The position numbers and the translations under genes are program-made. A stretch of 64,000 bases of DNA, from NCBI RefSeq assembly GCF_006345805.1, contig NC_043013.1, positions 40,300,001 to 40,364,000 of the forward strand, read 5' to 3'. This stretch comes from Octopus sinensis. Taxonomy: Eukaryota. Every line of letters starts with the position of its first letter. The stretch's first letter is position 1. Under the pieces are notes generated by a model, which saw only the letters and a list, made by a program, of their open reading frames with translations, had not been told where the DNA came from and ran no database searches. Positions 22,925 to 35,289 of the stretch are shown here, in pieces.

Positions 22925-23367
22925 AGGCACAGGAATGGCTGTGTGGTAAGTAGCTTGCTTACCAACTACATGGTTCCAGGTTCAGTCCCACTGCGTGGTA
23001 CCTTGGGCTAGTGTCTTCTACTATAGCCTTGGGTTGACCAAAGCCTTGTGAGTGGATTTGATAGATGGAAACTGAAAGAAGCCCATCGTATATATGTATT
23101 TTTGATTTTGATTTTGATTTTTTAGTTTCAGCTCATGAGCTGTGGCCATGCTGGGGCATCGCCATTTATACGTATATATATGTATATATATGTGTGTTTG
23201 TGTGTCTGTGTTTGTTCCCCCCCCAACATCGCTTGGCAACCGATGCTGGAGTGTTTATGTCCCCGTAACTTAGCGCTTTGGCAAAAGAGACCGATAGAAT
23301 AAGTACTAGGCTTACAAAGAATAAGTCCTATGGTCGATTTGCTCGACTAAAGGTGGTGCTCAAGCAT
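22925..23367 (+). mobile_element. SINE family A
   Basis: Head aggcacaggaatggctgtgtggtaag; the interior contains an extra (ttttga)n segment. Confidence 0.85.
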
Positions 23368-24059
23368 GATCTGGAACTAAGAGAGAAAGCTCATCAGAGC
23401 ACTACTTGTGATATTAGTGATAGAAAAGACTAAAATTGATGACATCATGTTGATGTGACAAAGTTTGCAGAATTGAAGCAAGGGAGGGACCAATCAAATT
23501 AGAGATTTGTTAGAGATTTAGTTTCATTTTACTGAGTTTCTGGCAAATGATCTCTACCAACTTCACTTTCTTGCTCATAAAATGAAACCTCTTTGACCAA
23601 TTTCATTTTAGGACTGTGCAAGCAAAGATGCACACTTTATATGTGTACATATAAATATGAAGAAATTTTAAGAAGTGCTTTCTTGAATATGTACCAACTA
23701 GATTTCTGAGCCACCAGTTACACTTTTACCAATTACTAATGGAAGAGTATTCAGATGGATGATATATTTCTTTGTGCAACTAGTACAAACAATGAAGCTA
23801 TGCTTAATGTTTAACAGTCTATTACGTTATCAGTCATTGGCATAACTTTATAGAGCTGAAATATTTACTTGCTCATTCACCTACATAAAGCCAAATTCTT
23901 TTGCAGACATTCAAAGATGTTGAAAAGACTAGATGGGACATTGAAATATGAAGAAAGACCCCTTTCCACCCAAATTTTATTAGCAATTCCTGAATATTTT
24001 ATTGCAATAAATTAGCAATTGGATAATAGAATCGCTTTTCATTGTTATTACATTTGTTG

Positions 24060-24246
24060 TAAAGGCAGCATGATGGACAAAATGCTTAGCAGCATTCAAT
24101 TTGAGTTCAAATTCTGCCAAGGTCAACTGTACCATTCATCCTTTTGGGGTCGATAAAATAAGTACCAGCTGAGAACTGGGGTCAGTGTAATTGACTTGCC
24201 CCACCCCAACAAAATTTTAGTCCTTGTGCATATAGTGGAAAGATTA
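24060..24246 (+). mobile_element. SINE family B, diverged
   Basis: gagttcaaattctgcc...ttcatccttttggggtcgataaaataagtaccag. Confidence 0.75.
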
Positions 24247-26560
24247 TTATATTTGCTGCACCCATTTGGTTTAATTTGTTGTCTCTGTAAGAATTTAACT
24301 TGCATGCAAGAAAAGTGAAAATGAAAACAGAGAAAAAGGAATGTTGGGGGAGAAATTTACAGAAAAAAAAAAAAAGTGTAAGAAGTTGTATGATTAGGAC
24401 GTTTATCTTTGCCAACACATTGGTTTCTACTTTGGCTTTGGATTGACAAGTTATTGTTTAGATCTCCGGTTGACCTAGATGCAATTCTGCTCCGCTCATC
24501 TGTTTTAGTGCTATATAGGATTATATTATTTAATGCATTCTGTCCTTTATTAAATCAGCAGGATGCAATTTGTGAGAAATTTGGTTGCTATTTCTAACAA
24601 GTCAAAAGACCATGTAGCAGCTATCTCATTGACTTGTGGGATTTGACAGAAATTTAACTTGCTGTTTCAAGCCACATAGAGGCTGCTTTATTGGCTTATG
24701 GCATTTTAGGAAATTTGTTTACTGTTTCTAACAGATCAAGCATCCATGTAGAGGATGTATTGGTGGCTCAAATACCACAGCTGGCTAACCTTTTTCTATT
24801 GCATGCTCATCTCTACATATACTTACTGCATATTTATTTACAAAATAATTATTGTCAAACATATTCTCACAATATTTTCATGAAATTGTCTATTTATAAA
24901 TATGTTCCCCACCACAAACACACATTCAGAGATTGTTGAAATATTTCATAAAACTAAATTTATTCTGAAACCTCTGTAATTCATATAAAATAATCCTCCA
25001 AAATGTATTGGTTATGCACTTGATCTGACAATTTAGTCTTTACTGTACAGAGTAAGATACCACAATCGATTTGCATTATCATCTCTTGATACAACTTATA
25101 TAGAACATGATAACAGACATTCCACATATCCTGTAAATTATGTGTTACATTGTTATGCTTTCCAAACATAATGATATTGAGAAATTTATTCCTTAAACAA
25201 TTCTAGTCTTCCATGTTAATTATTGGTTATTCTTGTATATTTACTTAGTGATTTTTTCATTTCTACTTTGGTTAGTATGATGAAGTCTGTGCTTTGCTGT
25301 TGAGGTCACAGTAAGACAGAGCATGCCTGGAGTGGTCTCGTATTTGCTGAAATAAAAGACAGTATTGACTATTCCTTACTGCATAATTATTTTGCCTTAG
25401 CTTAGATGCTTACTGCATTGAATATGTTAATATTACCTTAGCCACTAATTGTAAGTTGGCTTTAAACACAGAATACTAAATATGTTGTACATTCTTCACT
25501 GTATAATTATTTCAAATAACTTTTTGATGCTCCTGGCATTAACTATAGTATCAATAACTTCACTATTAATGCCAATAAATTTGCTTTAAACATAGAATAA
25601 TACTAATAATGTATACTTAACTCAAGCAAGTGTACTACTGATATCATCACTTGGTCTCTAAGAATAATATTAGAAAGAATAAAAGAAAGGATCACCACAT
25701 CCTCTTCTTTCCTAGATAGAGAAAATGGTAATAATTTAAAAGACAATTTTTGAAGATCAAATCAGGTGGGTTAATAGAGCCACCTACTTTTTTTTCTTTT
25801 ATATTTCTCCTCAAATGTAACTTTCTTGTACCAAGATCTTGTCTTAGTTTCTCTTTCATTCTTTCTCTTATAACAGGGATATCCTGAAAAACTGCTAATG
25901 CTAAAGACATTAACATTTTTGATGTAAGGTATGTAGGATACCATTTAATATTGTATGAATGAAACAGTAAATAGTGAATGAAGTACTCACTTTTCACTCT
26001 GTGTTTACTAGGAAATTATTTTAAAATTGTCTATGTTCTATGTACATTTTTTCTGTTTTGAATTTATTAGTGATCAAATTAATGATATTTATAGATGAAT
26101 GGATTGTGAGAGATGTTTAAATCATGAATAATATAAACCAAGTCTGAATTGATAGCAAATTAAATGAGAAATTTAACATCTGAGAGGGTGCTGAAAAGAT
26201 CCTGGCTTTGAGGGTATCGTGAAAGGCTTGGTTGGAGACCCAACCTTCTGAGTTCTTTTACAGAGCTTAGAAAAATTGAATGGCCATCATTTGCACTTGA
26301 TCCACACAAGCATAAGGAAGATATACACAGAAATAAGTGTAACATCAATAGCCACACTGGCCTCAAACAGTGTTCTTGGATTTGCTCTACCAACATTAGA
26401 TGTAGAGGAGCAGTAACAGTTGCACTTGGACTGAATCCACCTTAGTCACCTCTCTCATAGACACCACCAGAATCTATGAGTATACAGAAATAAACAGGTG
26501 CATGGAGAGAGTGTAATATGTTCAGAGGGACGCATTGCATCTGTATGATTTGTTACTGTA

Positions 26561-27812
26561 TGAGGTGGTATTGAAATTGGACTAGTTCTGTAGCATACCA
26601 ACAGATGGCAGCACATGGTTGCATGTGCAGTGTGTGCTAGGAGTGACCTTTATGAAGCAGTGTGCTGTTTACTTTGCAAGTTGTGAAATTTGTGTTTTTG
26701 TGACCAAGTCTATGCAGTAGTCAGCAATTTTGTCATGAACAGGAAGTTGGAATAAAGAGAGCTAATGTGAAATTTTGCATTTCTGCTTGTGAGGCAATGA
26801 ACATGCTTTGGCAAGCTTATTATGAGGAGGCAATGGGTCGTACACAATTGAGTGGCATGGGTGCATCAAAGGTAGAAGAACATCCCTGGAAGATGATGAG
26901 GGATCTGGAAAACCTGCCATGAGTGGCACACTTGGCAATGTGGAGAAAATTTATCAGCTTGTGCATGAGGATTGTCAGAGGACAATTAATGACATTGCTG
27001 ATGTTGTGGGTCTGTGCAGGCAATCCTAATGTTTGAATTGAACATGTGGCATGTCTCTGCAAAGTTTGTCCCCTGCCTGCTGACCATTGAGTAGAAAGAG
27101 CATTGTGTCAAAATCTGTCAAGATCTCCATCAGCATGCTGCTGACAACCCATCCTTCATGTTGAGGATCATCACTGGTGATGTGAGTTGGATCTACAGGT
27201 AATGACCCTGAGATGAAGCAGCAGTCATCACAGTGGAAGAGCTTTTCATTTCCATGACCGAAGAAGGCATAACAGAACTGCAGCTCAATCAAGAGCATAC
27301 TCATTATTTTTTCAATATCTGTGGTATTGTGCATTGAGAATTCGTCCCCCAGGGCTAGACTGTCAATTAAAAATTCTACTATGACGTTTTGAAGCATTTA
27401 AGCAAGGACATTTGGTGAAAGCAACCAGATCTGTGGAATGTGAAAAATTGGAATCTTCACGATGACAATGCTCCCTGTCACCAAGCTCTTCTCACTCATG
27501 AGTTTCTCACCAAAAACAACATGATATTGCTTCCATACTCACCCTGTTCACCAGATTTAGCACCTGCGGACTTCCATCTCTTCTCCAAGATGAAAATGCA
27601 GTTCAAAGATCGCTGTTTTAACATCATTGTTGAGATCCAGAACAAATTGCAGGTCCTCAAGTCACTTACAGAATACGACTTTCAGGCCAGATTCCGAAAG
27701 TGGCAGGAACACTGCAAGGTGACTATTTTAAAGGAGATGATGTTAAAACTTAGGTGAATAAGTTATTTTTTTTATTAAGCATAACTAGTCTGGGAACTTT
27801 TTGATACCATGA
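26561..27812 (+). mobile_element. Mariner (DD34D) transposon, full length but decayed
   Basis: Degenerate TIRs between TA dinucleotides. Transposase remnants SAKFVPCLLT, ITGDVSWIY and HDDNAPCH...SPDLAPADFHLF, with 34 residues between the second and third Asp. Many stops. Confidence 0.9.
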
Positions 27813-29696
27813 TATTGAAGCATGCAGTATGGTCCCCAGCTTAGCTGAGAAGTTGCATCTGTGGATAATGCCTTATTTGGATAGTTCCATGCATGTCATA
27901 GGGTTTCTTGACGGGGATTAACCAGGGATTTCACAACTAACTCACCAAATCAATGATGGAACCTCTCTATGGTTTGATTTGCTAGGAAAAAGTGAAGTCA
28001 TTTATACGATAGGGAATCGAAATGTGTAATCAATACTCATATAGCATTCTGTTTGCAGTTGGACTTAGTGTTATAAATGGTTAAACTCTTAGCGGTATTA
28101 ACCTAAAACTAATTTTAAGTACCAATAACTTGACCAAATATCTGAAGCAAAGGAGGGTAATCCCTTGCTTATGAGTGGAATTTTGATTGCTAATTTGAAA
28201 TTCTCTACCGTCGTAGTTTCCAAAAACTTATAAAAACAAGACACTAATTTATAAGTTACATGCCTATGAATTTGAAACTGAAGGGTTTCTATTGCACTTG
28301 CAAGTTCCCTCTGGAACTACAAAGATTTCTGCTTGAGGCATCAAATCCTAAATTGCATGTTGAAATGGAACTATAATCTTCAAGATACAAACACAATAAT
28401 ATGGAAATAATAACAAATTTACTGACTTAAAAGTTGTTAATTTTCAATGAACTTTGTTTCTCAGTGTATCTTTATTGTAGTTGACAGGCTAATAGAAATA
28501 ATCTCAAATTCCTGTTTATTAAGTTGGCAAAGTTTATTTTGTCTATACTTTTTGTGACTATAAAGTCAACTCTTATTATTGGTTCATTCTAAAGAAATCA
28601 GTTTCAATATTTTTTGAAGTTGCTGAATTCAGTTTCAAGCAGTGACTTAATAGGATAGTCTGAAAATTGGATAGAAAACATTACAATATTTGTTCTGACT
28701 CCCAGTGTTCTGGGTTCAAATTCTGCTGAGGAATTGTTAGAGTTTTGAACAGGATGCCTTGCAGTATCTTTTCTGTCTCTGTGCATTCACAGTTCAAATT
28801 CTGGTAAGGCTTACTTAAGTGGTAGACTTATTCTGTTACTGGTTTAAGGATACTTTCCTTCCTTTCTCCCTCAAGTGTCAGAGGCCTTGTAAGGGGTCAT
28901 GAGCATTGCCTTCCCTCCTGGCTAAAGGATAAAAAAGATGTATCACAGAAAGTTACTTTTTTCTATATCGATCAGAACATCAGCTGTGATGCAACTGAGC
29001 ATCTGTATAGGGGATATATATAATAATGTACCAGTCGTGAAAATAACAGGGTTGCACCAACTTTAACAGATATCGTCTAGAGACCATCTTAAGTCAAATA
29101 CTTCAAAATATGGCTAAGTCTCCAAACTGAAAAGTATTACTTCCCTTCACAAATGAAGCTAACATGTCATGAAGAGATGCTTATTTGATCTGTTATAACA
29201 ATTAAAAGTGGAAATATGAAGGCTATGGCAATGTCCAGACGTATTGAATGAGTACCCCACCCTTTATTCTTATTGCTTGTTTTTTCAAAATTTTTTTTTG
29301 TATCTCTATACTTTCAACACAGGAGATTACAAGTTTTATGAGTTTTTAATTTTCTCCAATTCCAATTTTTTTTGTTTTTAACTTCTGAAAATAGTTAATT
29401 TGAAACTTGGTGTTTAAAAATTTGGATTTCTCGATTCTGAAAAAATATCACATTTATTGATTTTCTGGTGTTAATATGGTGTGAGCGTCATAGAACAGCG
29501 CTAAGATTCTGGTAAGCCGTGCCAACAGGTTCGATTCTCGTCTGAGTCGTTACACTTCATTTTAAATCTGTAGCCTAGTGTGGAATGCGCTCTGCTAGGC
29601 TGCTTTTCCTTCGATATCCTACACGGAAACATAGTATTTAAGAATGAATTCACAACTGATTAAGAATTACGGAACATTAGTTTCATTTTATATATA

Positions 29697-30076
29697 CACT
29701 TGCGTCAGAAATTAATTAGCACTTCTCAAATTTCTACATTAAATAGGTTAAATCAATTAACCTATGAGCTGTTCAAAACGTCTTACGCGATGAGAAAACT
29801 TAGTATGGTGTGATTTCGGTCCTTGCGAGGCGCTACCTATATCTATTAAACAAAGGAAGATTTGTCTGCATCTGCACTCCAAGTTGTTGTTGCACTGCTA
29901 TGTCAACATCATAAGGCTGTAGACTCTCAAACTGCTCTGCAAACAAAGTTACGTCATCGTTCTGCGCAACAGTGAACTCGCAACAAAGCAATAGTTCGAG
30001 ATATGGCCACTAGGTGACAGCACATACCTTGAGTGAAGAGCAAATCAAGGGTGCTAATTAATTTCTGACGGTAGTG
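29697..30076. mobile_element. Tc1/mariner-type MITE (380 bp)
   Basis: 26-bp TIRs cacttgcgtcagaaattaattagcac / gtgctaattaatttctgacggtagtg with 2 mismatches, and TA on both flanks. Confidence 0.88.
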
Positions 30077-30134
30077 TATATATATATATATATATTTCTT
30101 TATTGCCCACAGGATGCTAAACGTAGAGCGGACA

Positions 30135-30375
30135 AACAAGAACAGACAAAGGGATTAAGTCGATTACATCGATCCCAGTGCGTAACTGGTACTTATTCTT
30201 TTTTACCCTAGATACAAAGCCCAGAATTTTTGAGGAGGGGGGAGTCGATTAGATCGCCCCCCCCCCCCCCACTCAGTACGCTACAGGTACTTATTTAATC
30301 GACCCCGAAAGAACGACAAAATACCGCTAAGCATTTCTCCCAGCGTACTAACGATTCTGCCAGCTCGCCGCCTTA
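30135..30375 (-). mobile_element. SINE family B
   Basis: Reverse-complement head ...ttctgccagctcgccgcctta and gtaactggtactt core. Confidence 0.8.
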
Positions 30376-30396
30376 ATGTATATGTGTGTGTGTGTG

Positions 30397-30429
<33 letters not shown>

Positions 30430-30947
30430 TGCATCACTGGAACTAGTGTGGGACCAAAATAGTGTTGGGTGGGATTTGCACAACTTTTTGGGTTCTGAAA
30501 TGAAATATCAAAGAAGTGACTTACGTGTAACTGACGTGTTTCAGTGGCAAAACAGAAATTCAATAATTCTGATAGCAATATAGTTTTTGGAACAAGTGCA
30601 AATAGTTGAGGGACGAAGTTTGAACCGTGTAACTACTACAGAATACGATTAAACAATCAAGTTAAAGAAGTTATTTAAATCAGAAAGGGTTTCTTTCTGG
30701 GAATCCGAACGTCGTCGAAGTCGAGTTTCCAAGAACTTCACTATTGTTGAACGTCCCATATACAAAAAGTAAAAATGAAACCATGCAAAATAAATACGTA
30801 AAAGAATTGCTATAGAGTAGGAGATTAACTAGTGTTACGTAGTAGTAAAACAGTTAAATATAAGATTATCAACATAAACTTATGTAGTCGAAAAACTGAA
30901 ATAGATAGTTGTTTGTAATTTGTTTACCTTAAAACTAAGTAACTCAC

Positions 30948-31060
30948 CTCTAAACCACCGACAGTCAAAATAATTGTCGTAAATGTATATAATTAGAGCA
31001 GCAGACTAGAAGAGTAAGCTCCCTTTAATCTCTCTCTACTTTAGTCGCCCTCTTTCGTTG
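30948..31060 (-). promoter_or_regulatory. Candidate non-coding first exon / promoter of the MPPED-like gene
   Basis: Consensus donor GAG|GTGAGT at 30947-46, with an alternative AAG|GTAAAC at 30927. CpG appears locally more frequent at 29.4-31.4 kb than in the flanks. The 11884 exon needs an upstream exon. The link is inferred, not shown. Confidence 0.35.
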
Positions 31061-31132
31061 TTCTGTGTTTTCTTTTTCTTTCAGTATTGACATTCTAATT
31101 CAGGAAGCATTAAAAATCTATTTAGAAATAGT

Positions 31133-31348
31133 CTTTTCTACTCTAGGCACAAGGCCCAAAATTTGTGGGGAGGGGGGGGCAGTTAATTAGATCAACTCAG
31201 TACGTAACTGATACTTAATTTATCGACCTCGAAAGGATGAAAGGCAAAGTCGACCTCGGCGGAATTTGAACTCAGAACATAAAGACAGACGAAATGCCGC
31301 TAGGCATTTCGCCCGGCGTGCTAACGTTTCTGCTAGCTCACTGCCTTT
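31133..31348 (-). mobile_element. SINE family B
   Basis: Well-conserved reverse-complement copy (gtcgacctcggcggaatttgaactcagaac). Confidence 0.88.
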
Positions 31349-32177
31349 AGAAATATTGACGCGGAAAAGATAACATTCGCTCAGTGACATGACAGACATT
31401 AGTCAATAGTATCTTAACAGGACAAAAAAAAACAAGAAAAAAATACAAGCAAACAACACAAATCCCTTATATATGATAGAATAATATTCTTCAGTTTGGG
31501 CAGTACCCTTTTCCAGAGAATGTATTTTAATATATAAAAGATAAAGTGAAATCCGAAGAATCGACAACAAAGCAAATAAACCAGAAATATAAGTAGTAAC
31601 CATAGTAATATATATGTAACGGCAAGAAATTGTTTTCTTTTGGTGTGGTTAGGTTACCAATTGTAATGGGAGAAATTGATTAATAAACAATTTTATGAGA
31701 TGTTGTTAGTCAGCAATTGTAACGGGAGAAATAATTTGTTATTATGATTGCATGTTGTAAGATGTGAAAGAACAAAGTGCATAAAGTTTTAGGGAAATTT
31801 TTATTTACCGTTACGTTACAAATACCTTGCCTTGACGGGCAGGTTACGTTAAATCCAAAAGCATGCAAAGTAAAGTTAGTGTACGTGTCCTCTTCGTTGT
31901 TTAGTACTAAACACAGAGAGAGAGATAGAATGATGTTGTAAGAGAACAGAATTAGAGCTAGAGAGAATTGTAGGGTGTGGAACGGTGTCTCAGTTGCTGG
32001 CAGTAAACTTCATTTCTCCCTCTGACCAACGTTCTAGCTGATCAGCCAGACTTCGTTCTCACTGAGTTGTCACCGCAGTGACTAACTGATTTTTGCTTGG
32101 GGTGTGATTGCTTATATAACTATCCAGAAGGATAGATATATCACTGAGAACAATAGATTTAGTTGGTGGTCTTGTTA

Positions 32178-33447
32178 CGAGGAGCGTTCAATAAGTAATG
32201 CCCCTGACCCACTTGCAGTTGTTTGATCTAGTTGAAATTTTGCATGTGCACTTATTTATACCTCTATAGATTAAGTGGCGAATTACAGCTCTGAACTAAT
32301 TGTGGTTTCTGATTTACAGGTGTTTGAACTGAGTCAAGTGTGAAATGGAGCCTGTTGAGTGTCGAGCAGTGATCTGGTTTTTGTATTTGAAAGGGCGCAC
32401 ACCACGGGAGACTTTTGATGAAATGAAAGTAACTTATGGTGATGATGCCCCATCATATGACCTTGTAAAACGCTGGCATTGTGAATTCAAACATAGTCAG
32501 AACTCTGTGGAAACAGCTCCCAGATCTGGTCGCCCCCTTCTGCCGTTGATGAGACGTCTGTCCGTCAAGTTGAGGCTGCCATTTTGGAAGGTCAATGCAT
32601 AACTATTCGCCAAATAGCCCATAAGGTCAAGATTAGTACCGGGTCTGTGGAAACTATCATTCATGACCATTTGCATATGCAAAAGGTATCTGCCAGATGG
32701 ATTTCCAGGTTGCTCACACCTTTCCAGAAGCAAGAACGCGTTGAGTGCTCGAGGATGAATTTGGAGATGTGCCAAGAAGATGAGTCAAAATTTTTCAAAA
32801 GACTGATCACACAGGATAAAACCTGGGTCCATCACTATGATCCATAGACCAAAGCCCAGTCAATGCAGTGAAAGCACCGCGACTCACCTCCTCCAAAGAA
32901 GGCAAGGGTACAGCCCTCCGCTGACAAGGTTATGCTCACAGTCTTCTGAGACCAGGACGGAGTAGTGATGACAAATTTCCTGGCAAAGGGTACCACAATT
33001 ACAGGAGCCTATTATTCTTCACTTTTGAGGAAATTAAGAGAAGCTATCAAAATCAAGAGGCGGGGCAAGATCAGCAAAGGCATCCTCCTCCTGCAGGACA
33101 ACGCTCCGGTCCACAACTCGCGTGTCGCCAGATCAGAAGCACAGGCGTGCAGCTATGAATTCCTCCCCTTGCATCCTCTGATTTTCACCTCTTCCCAGCC
33201 ATGAAGTTGATTTTGAAAGGAAAGCGTTTCCCAGATGATGCAGCCTTGATTTCTGAAGTCACGTCGTGGTTGGAGGACCAAGCTGGGGTCTTCTACAAAA
33301 ACGGTCTCCAGAGCTGTATCAAACGATGGGAGAAATGCATAACTCTGGGTAGTTCCTATGTAGGAAAAGACTAATAACTGTGCCAAGTGTCGTTGCTCTA
33401 CTGCTATGGGAAGTGGGTCAGGGGCATTACTTATTGAACGCCCCTCG
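32178..33447 (+). mobile_element. Mariner transposon (1270 bp) with near-perfect TIRs and a disrupted transposase
   Basis: 37-bp TIRs with 1 mismatch and TA TSD at 32176-77 and 33448-49. Transposase runs from MEPVECRAVI (32345) through SARWISRLLT, ITQDKTWVHHYDP and LQDNAPVH to KRWEKC. It has frameshifts, stops and an approximately 22-nt deletion removing the HPPYSPD motif. Confidence 0.95.
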
Positions 33448-33741
33448 TATCTATTCTAGCTTTTGGTGAAGTAGAAGAGGTTAGAAAGGGTCAAAGTGGT
33501 GAAGACATTATTTTGGCCTAGGTAAAGGCATCTGGAAGATGTAAAACCATTGTTCCATCGTGGGAAAAGTTCTGTAGCAGTTTTAATTTAAATTTGGCTG
33601 TGGTGGATCGGATCCACTTCATGCATGCAAGATTCGCTACATATATAAGTGAAGATGATATACCGACGATGTAATTATAATTAGAATAATCTAGTTATTA
33701 TTATTTTTGTTTAGCCCTTTCTCTCCTAATTGAGCAGAACA

Positions 33742-34083
33742 ATGACTAAAGCTGTTGTAACTAGGACGATCCCAGCTTTCTGTATACCTAGAGATTACTG
33801 CCCAATGTGTCTTTCCATTTTTAAGACAGTAGGGTTTGATTTTAGGGAATTTGGCTGTTATTACTTGCAGGTTGAACTGACTGTAGACACTTACTTACTG
33901 ATTAAACTTCTTTTTAAGGAAGGGAGAGAAGTTTCTGGATATATTATGTGGAGAGACAAGGAGAAGGAAGACATTTTTGATTTATGCAAACTTCTGTTTG
34001 CAGATACAGATTATATGAATTTTGCATATTTTGCTAGTGATAAGTTAGAGGATATTTGTAATTATGCATATTTTGTTTCATAA
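33742..34083 (+). CDS. Orphan 113-aa ORF, unknown product
   Basis: ATG with A at -3, non-repetitive protein-like composition with a CxxC (YCPMCL). No recognised family; could be chance or a TE/viral relic. Confidence 0.3.
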   Translation: MTKAVVTRTIPAFCIPRDYCPMCLSIFKTVGFDFREFGCYYLQVELTVDTYLLIKLLFKEGREVSGYIMWRDKEKEDIFDLCKLLFADTDYMNFAYFASDKLEDICNYAYFVS

Positions 34084-34671
34084 TGTTGAACTTGGATGTT
34101 AAAATTAATTATTCATGGCAGGAATTCTACAAATTATAGAAAATTAAATAATAGCAGGAGATGTCTGCTATACTAAATGAGGTAACTGAACACACACGCA
34201 CTATTTATCTCAGCAAGTGAAACAATTACATTTGAAAAATGCAAAAGTTATTCTAATATAGGATTGTTTTGATTTTGAAAGAATATTTTGAGTTTATATT
34301 TCCTCGTTGAATTAAAGAATATCGAGCAGTTGCTCAGATTAATTTTTCTTTTATTGTTATTTTGTCAGAGGAAGAACAAGAATTTCATTTCAGATTCTCT
34401 GACCTAGTCATCTCTAGTGAGATCAATAAAATTATTGATAAGTTTGGGGCATCTTGTAGTCAACATATCCAATGCAGGAAAAAGGTGGTTGGGAAGGGAA
34501 TTCTAGAGAACTGCAGCTGTTCCATTACAGGCTGATGTAAACCTGAAATTTAGTGATTTTTGAGGGTTTTGTGTTGTTTATGCGTATGAAGGGTTTGGCA
34601 ATTCATTTTAGACTGGATGAAAGGCACCAACTTACAATAAAATTGAAGGGAAATAACTCTATTGGTTTCAA

Positions 34672-35277
34672 GTTTTGGCAAAAGGCCAGTAATTTTGGGG
34701 AGGGGTAAGTTTATTACATCGACCCTAGTGCTCAACTGGTACTTATTTTATCGATCCGAAAGGATTATAGGCAAAGTCGATCTCGGCAGAATTTGAACTC
34801 AGAACGTAAAGACGGACGAAATGCCGCTAAGCATTTTGTTCGGCGTGCTAATTTAGTGATTTTTTTTAGAGTTTACTCTTTTACTTGTTTCAGTCATTTG
34901 ACTGCGGCCATGCTGGAGCACCACCTTTAGTCGAGCAAATCGACCCCGGGACTTATTCTTTGTAAGCCCAGTACTTATTCTATCGGTCTCTTTTTGCCGA
35001 ACCGCTAAGTGACGGCGACGTAAACACACCAGCATCAGTTGTCAAGCGATGGTGTGGGGACAAACACAGACAGACAAACATATACACACACACTTATATA
35101 TATATATATACATATATACGACAGGCTTCTTTCAGTTTCCGTCTACCAAATCCACTCACAAGGCATTGGTCGGCCTGAGGCTATAGCAGAAGACACTTGC
35201 CCAAGATGCCACGCAGTGGGACTGAACCCGGAACCATGTGGTTGGTAAGCAAGCTACTTACCACACAGCCACTCCTG
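34672..35277 (-). mobile_element. Adjacent SINE family B (34672-34850) and family A (34868-35277) copies
   Basis: Both match the families above in reverse complement. Confidence 0.88.
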
Positions 35278-35289
35278 TATAATGTATTT

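Noticed and set aside
25692-25997. 101-aa minus-strand ORF and a plus-strand exon-like segment (25878-25928)
   Set aside because: No recognisable motif and no partner exons can be supported; a lncRNA exon cannot be excluded.
26181-26285. Short mariner-MITE-like terminus (gagggtgctgaaaagatcctggcttt)
   Set aside because: Only one end is visible and there is no partner TIR in the window, so it is not annotated as an element.
31615-32177. Solo LTR (TGTAAC...GTTA)
   Set aside because: The apparent GTTAC end borrows its C from the mariner TIR. The sequence after the mariner does not restore CA and no TSD is visible.
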